A DNA stretch of 64,000 nt from Octopus bimaculoides (lineage: Eukaryota). The first letter of the stretch is position 1. The number at the start of each line of letters is the position of its first letter. Made by a program: the position numbers and the translations under genes. The stretch lies in contig NC_068984.1 in assembly GCF_001194135.2 (NCBI RefSeq), positions 16,746,757 through 16,810,756 on the forward strand. The letters run 5' to 3'. Positions 63,637 through 64,000 of this stretch are shown piece after piece. Under the pieces are notes generated by a model. The model had not been told where the DNA came from and searched no databases. It saw only the letters and a list, made by a program, of their open reading frames with translations.

Positions 63637-64000
63637 AGAAAAATGAACATGAAGTAATAACATTAGTCAACATTATGAAATTAACTCCAACAGCTACATT
63701 TTATTATAGTATTTGGAACCTTTGAAAAGCAGCTTGTAGACCTGGGCATTTCAAAAACCATTATTTCAATTTTAACCGTTTTGTAACCATATTTCTGTTG
63801 AAATACAGTCTTTGTTTGAATTAACTTTGAAAATAATGAAGAATTTATTCATATAACTTTATTATTATTATTACTATTATTATTATTATTATTATTAAGC
63901 TGGTGTTTGGAATATAGTTTAGCATGAAAGTTGGCATCTAAAAAGGTTAAAACTGTTTGATATTTTGTCCAAAGCTTTACTGATTTGTCATCCAAAAGGT

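Overview
AT-rich, microsatellite-laden animal genomic DNA with four N gaps. The repeat landscape suggests a cephalopod, probably Octopus (inference). The window is the middle of one large plus-strand gene, a reelin (RELN) orthologue. I reconstructed 17 consecutive coding exons (13168-58452; 3007 nt, about 1000 codons). They join in one open frame with matching intron phases: 15 introns are GT-AG and one is GC-AG. Against the vertebrate reelin sequence as I recall it, they encode most of reelin repeat 4, all of repeat 5 and most of repeat 6, the dimerisation and receptor-binding part. Neither end of the gene is in the window. Introns are filled with tRNA-derived SINEs, RTE-type LINE fragments and 3'UTRs, TTAA and 8-bp-TSD MITEs, long hairpins and simple repeats. 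Most supplied ORFs are microsatellite or gap artefacts. Main points of interest: Cys2101- and Lys2467-equivalents are kept, the Lys2360-equivalent is Glu, repeat 6A has a broken WAID motif, repeat 5B has a ~25-aa insert, there is a GC-donor intron, several exon-proximal dsRNA structures, nested and tail-swapped SINEs, and decayed hammerhead-like motifs. I found no evidence for a wholly new biological system. Repeat family names (SINE-A/B/G/H, families D/E/F) are my own labels, and repeat boundaries are approximate unless a TSD is given.
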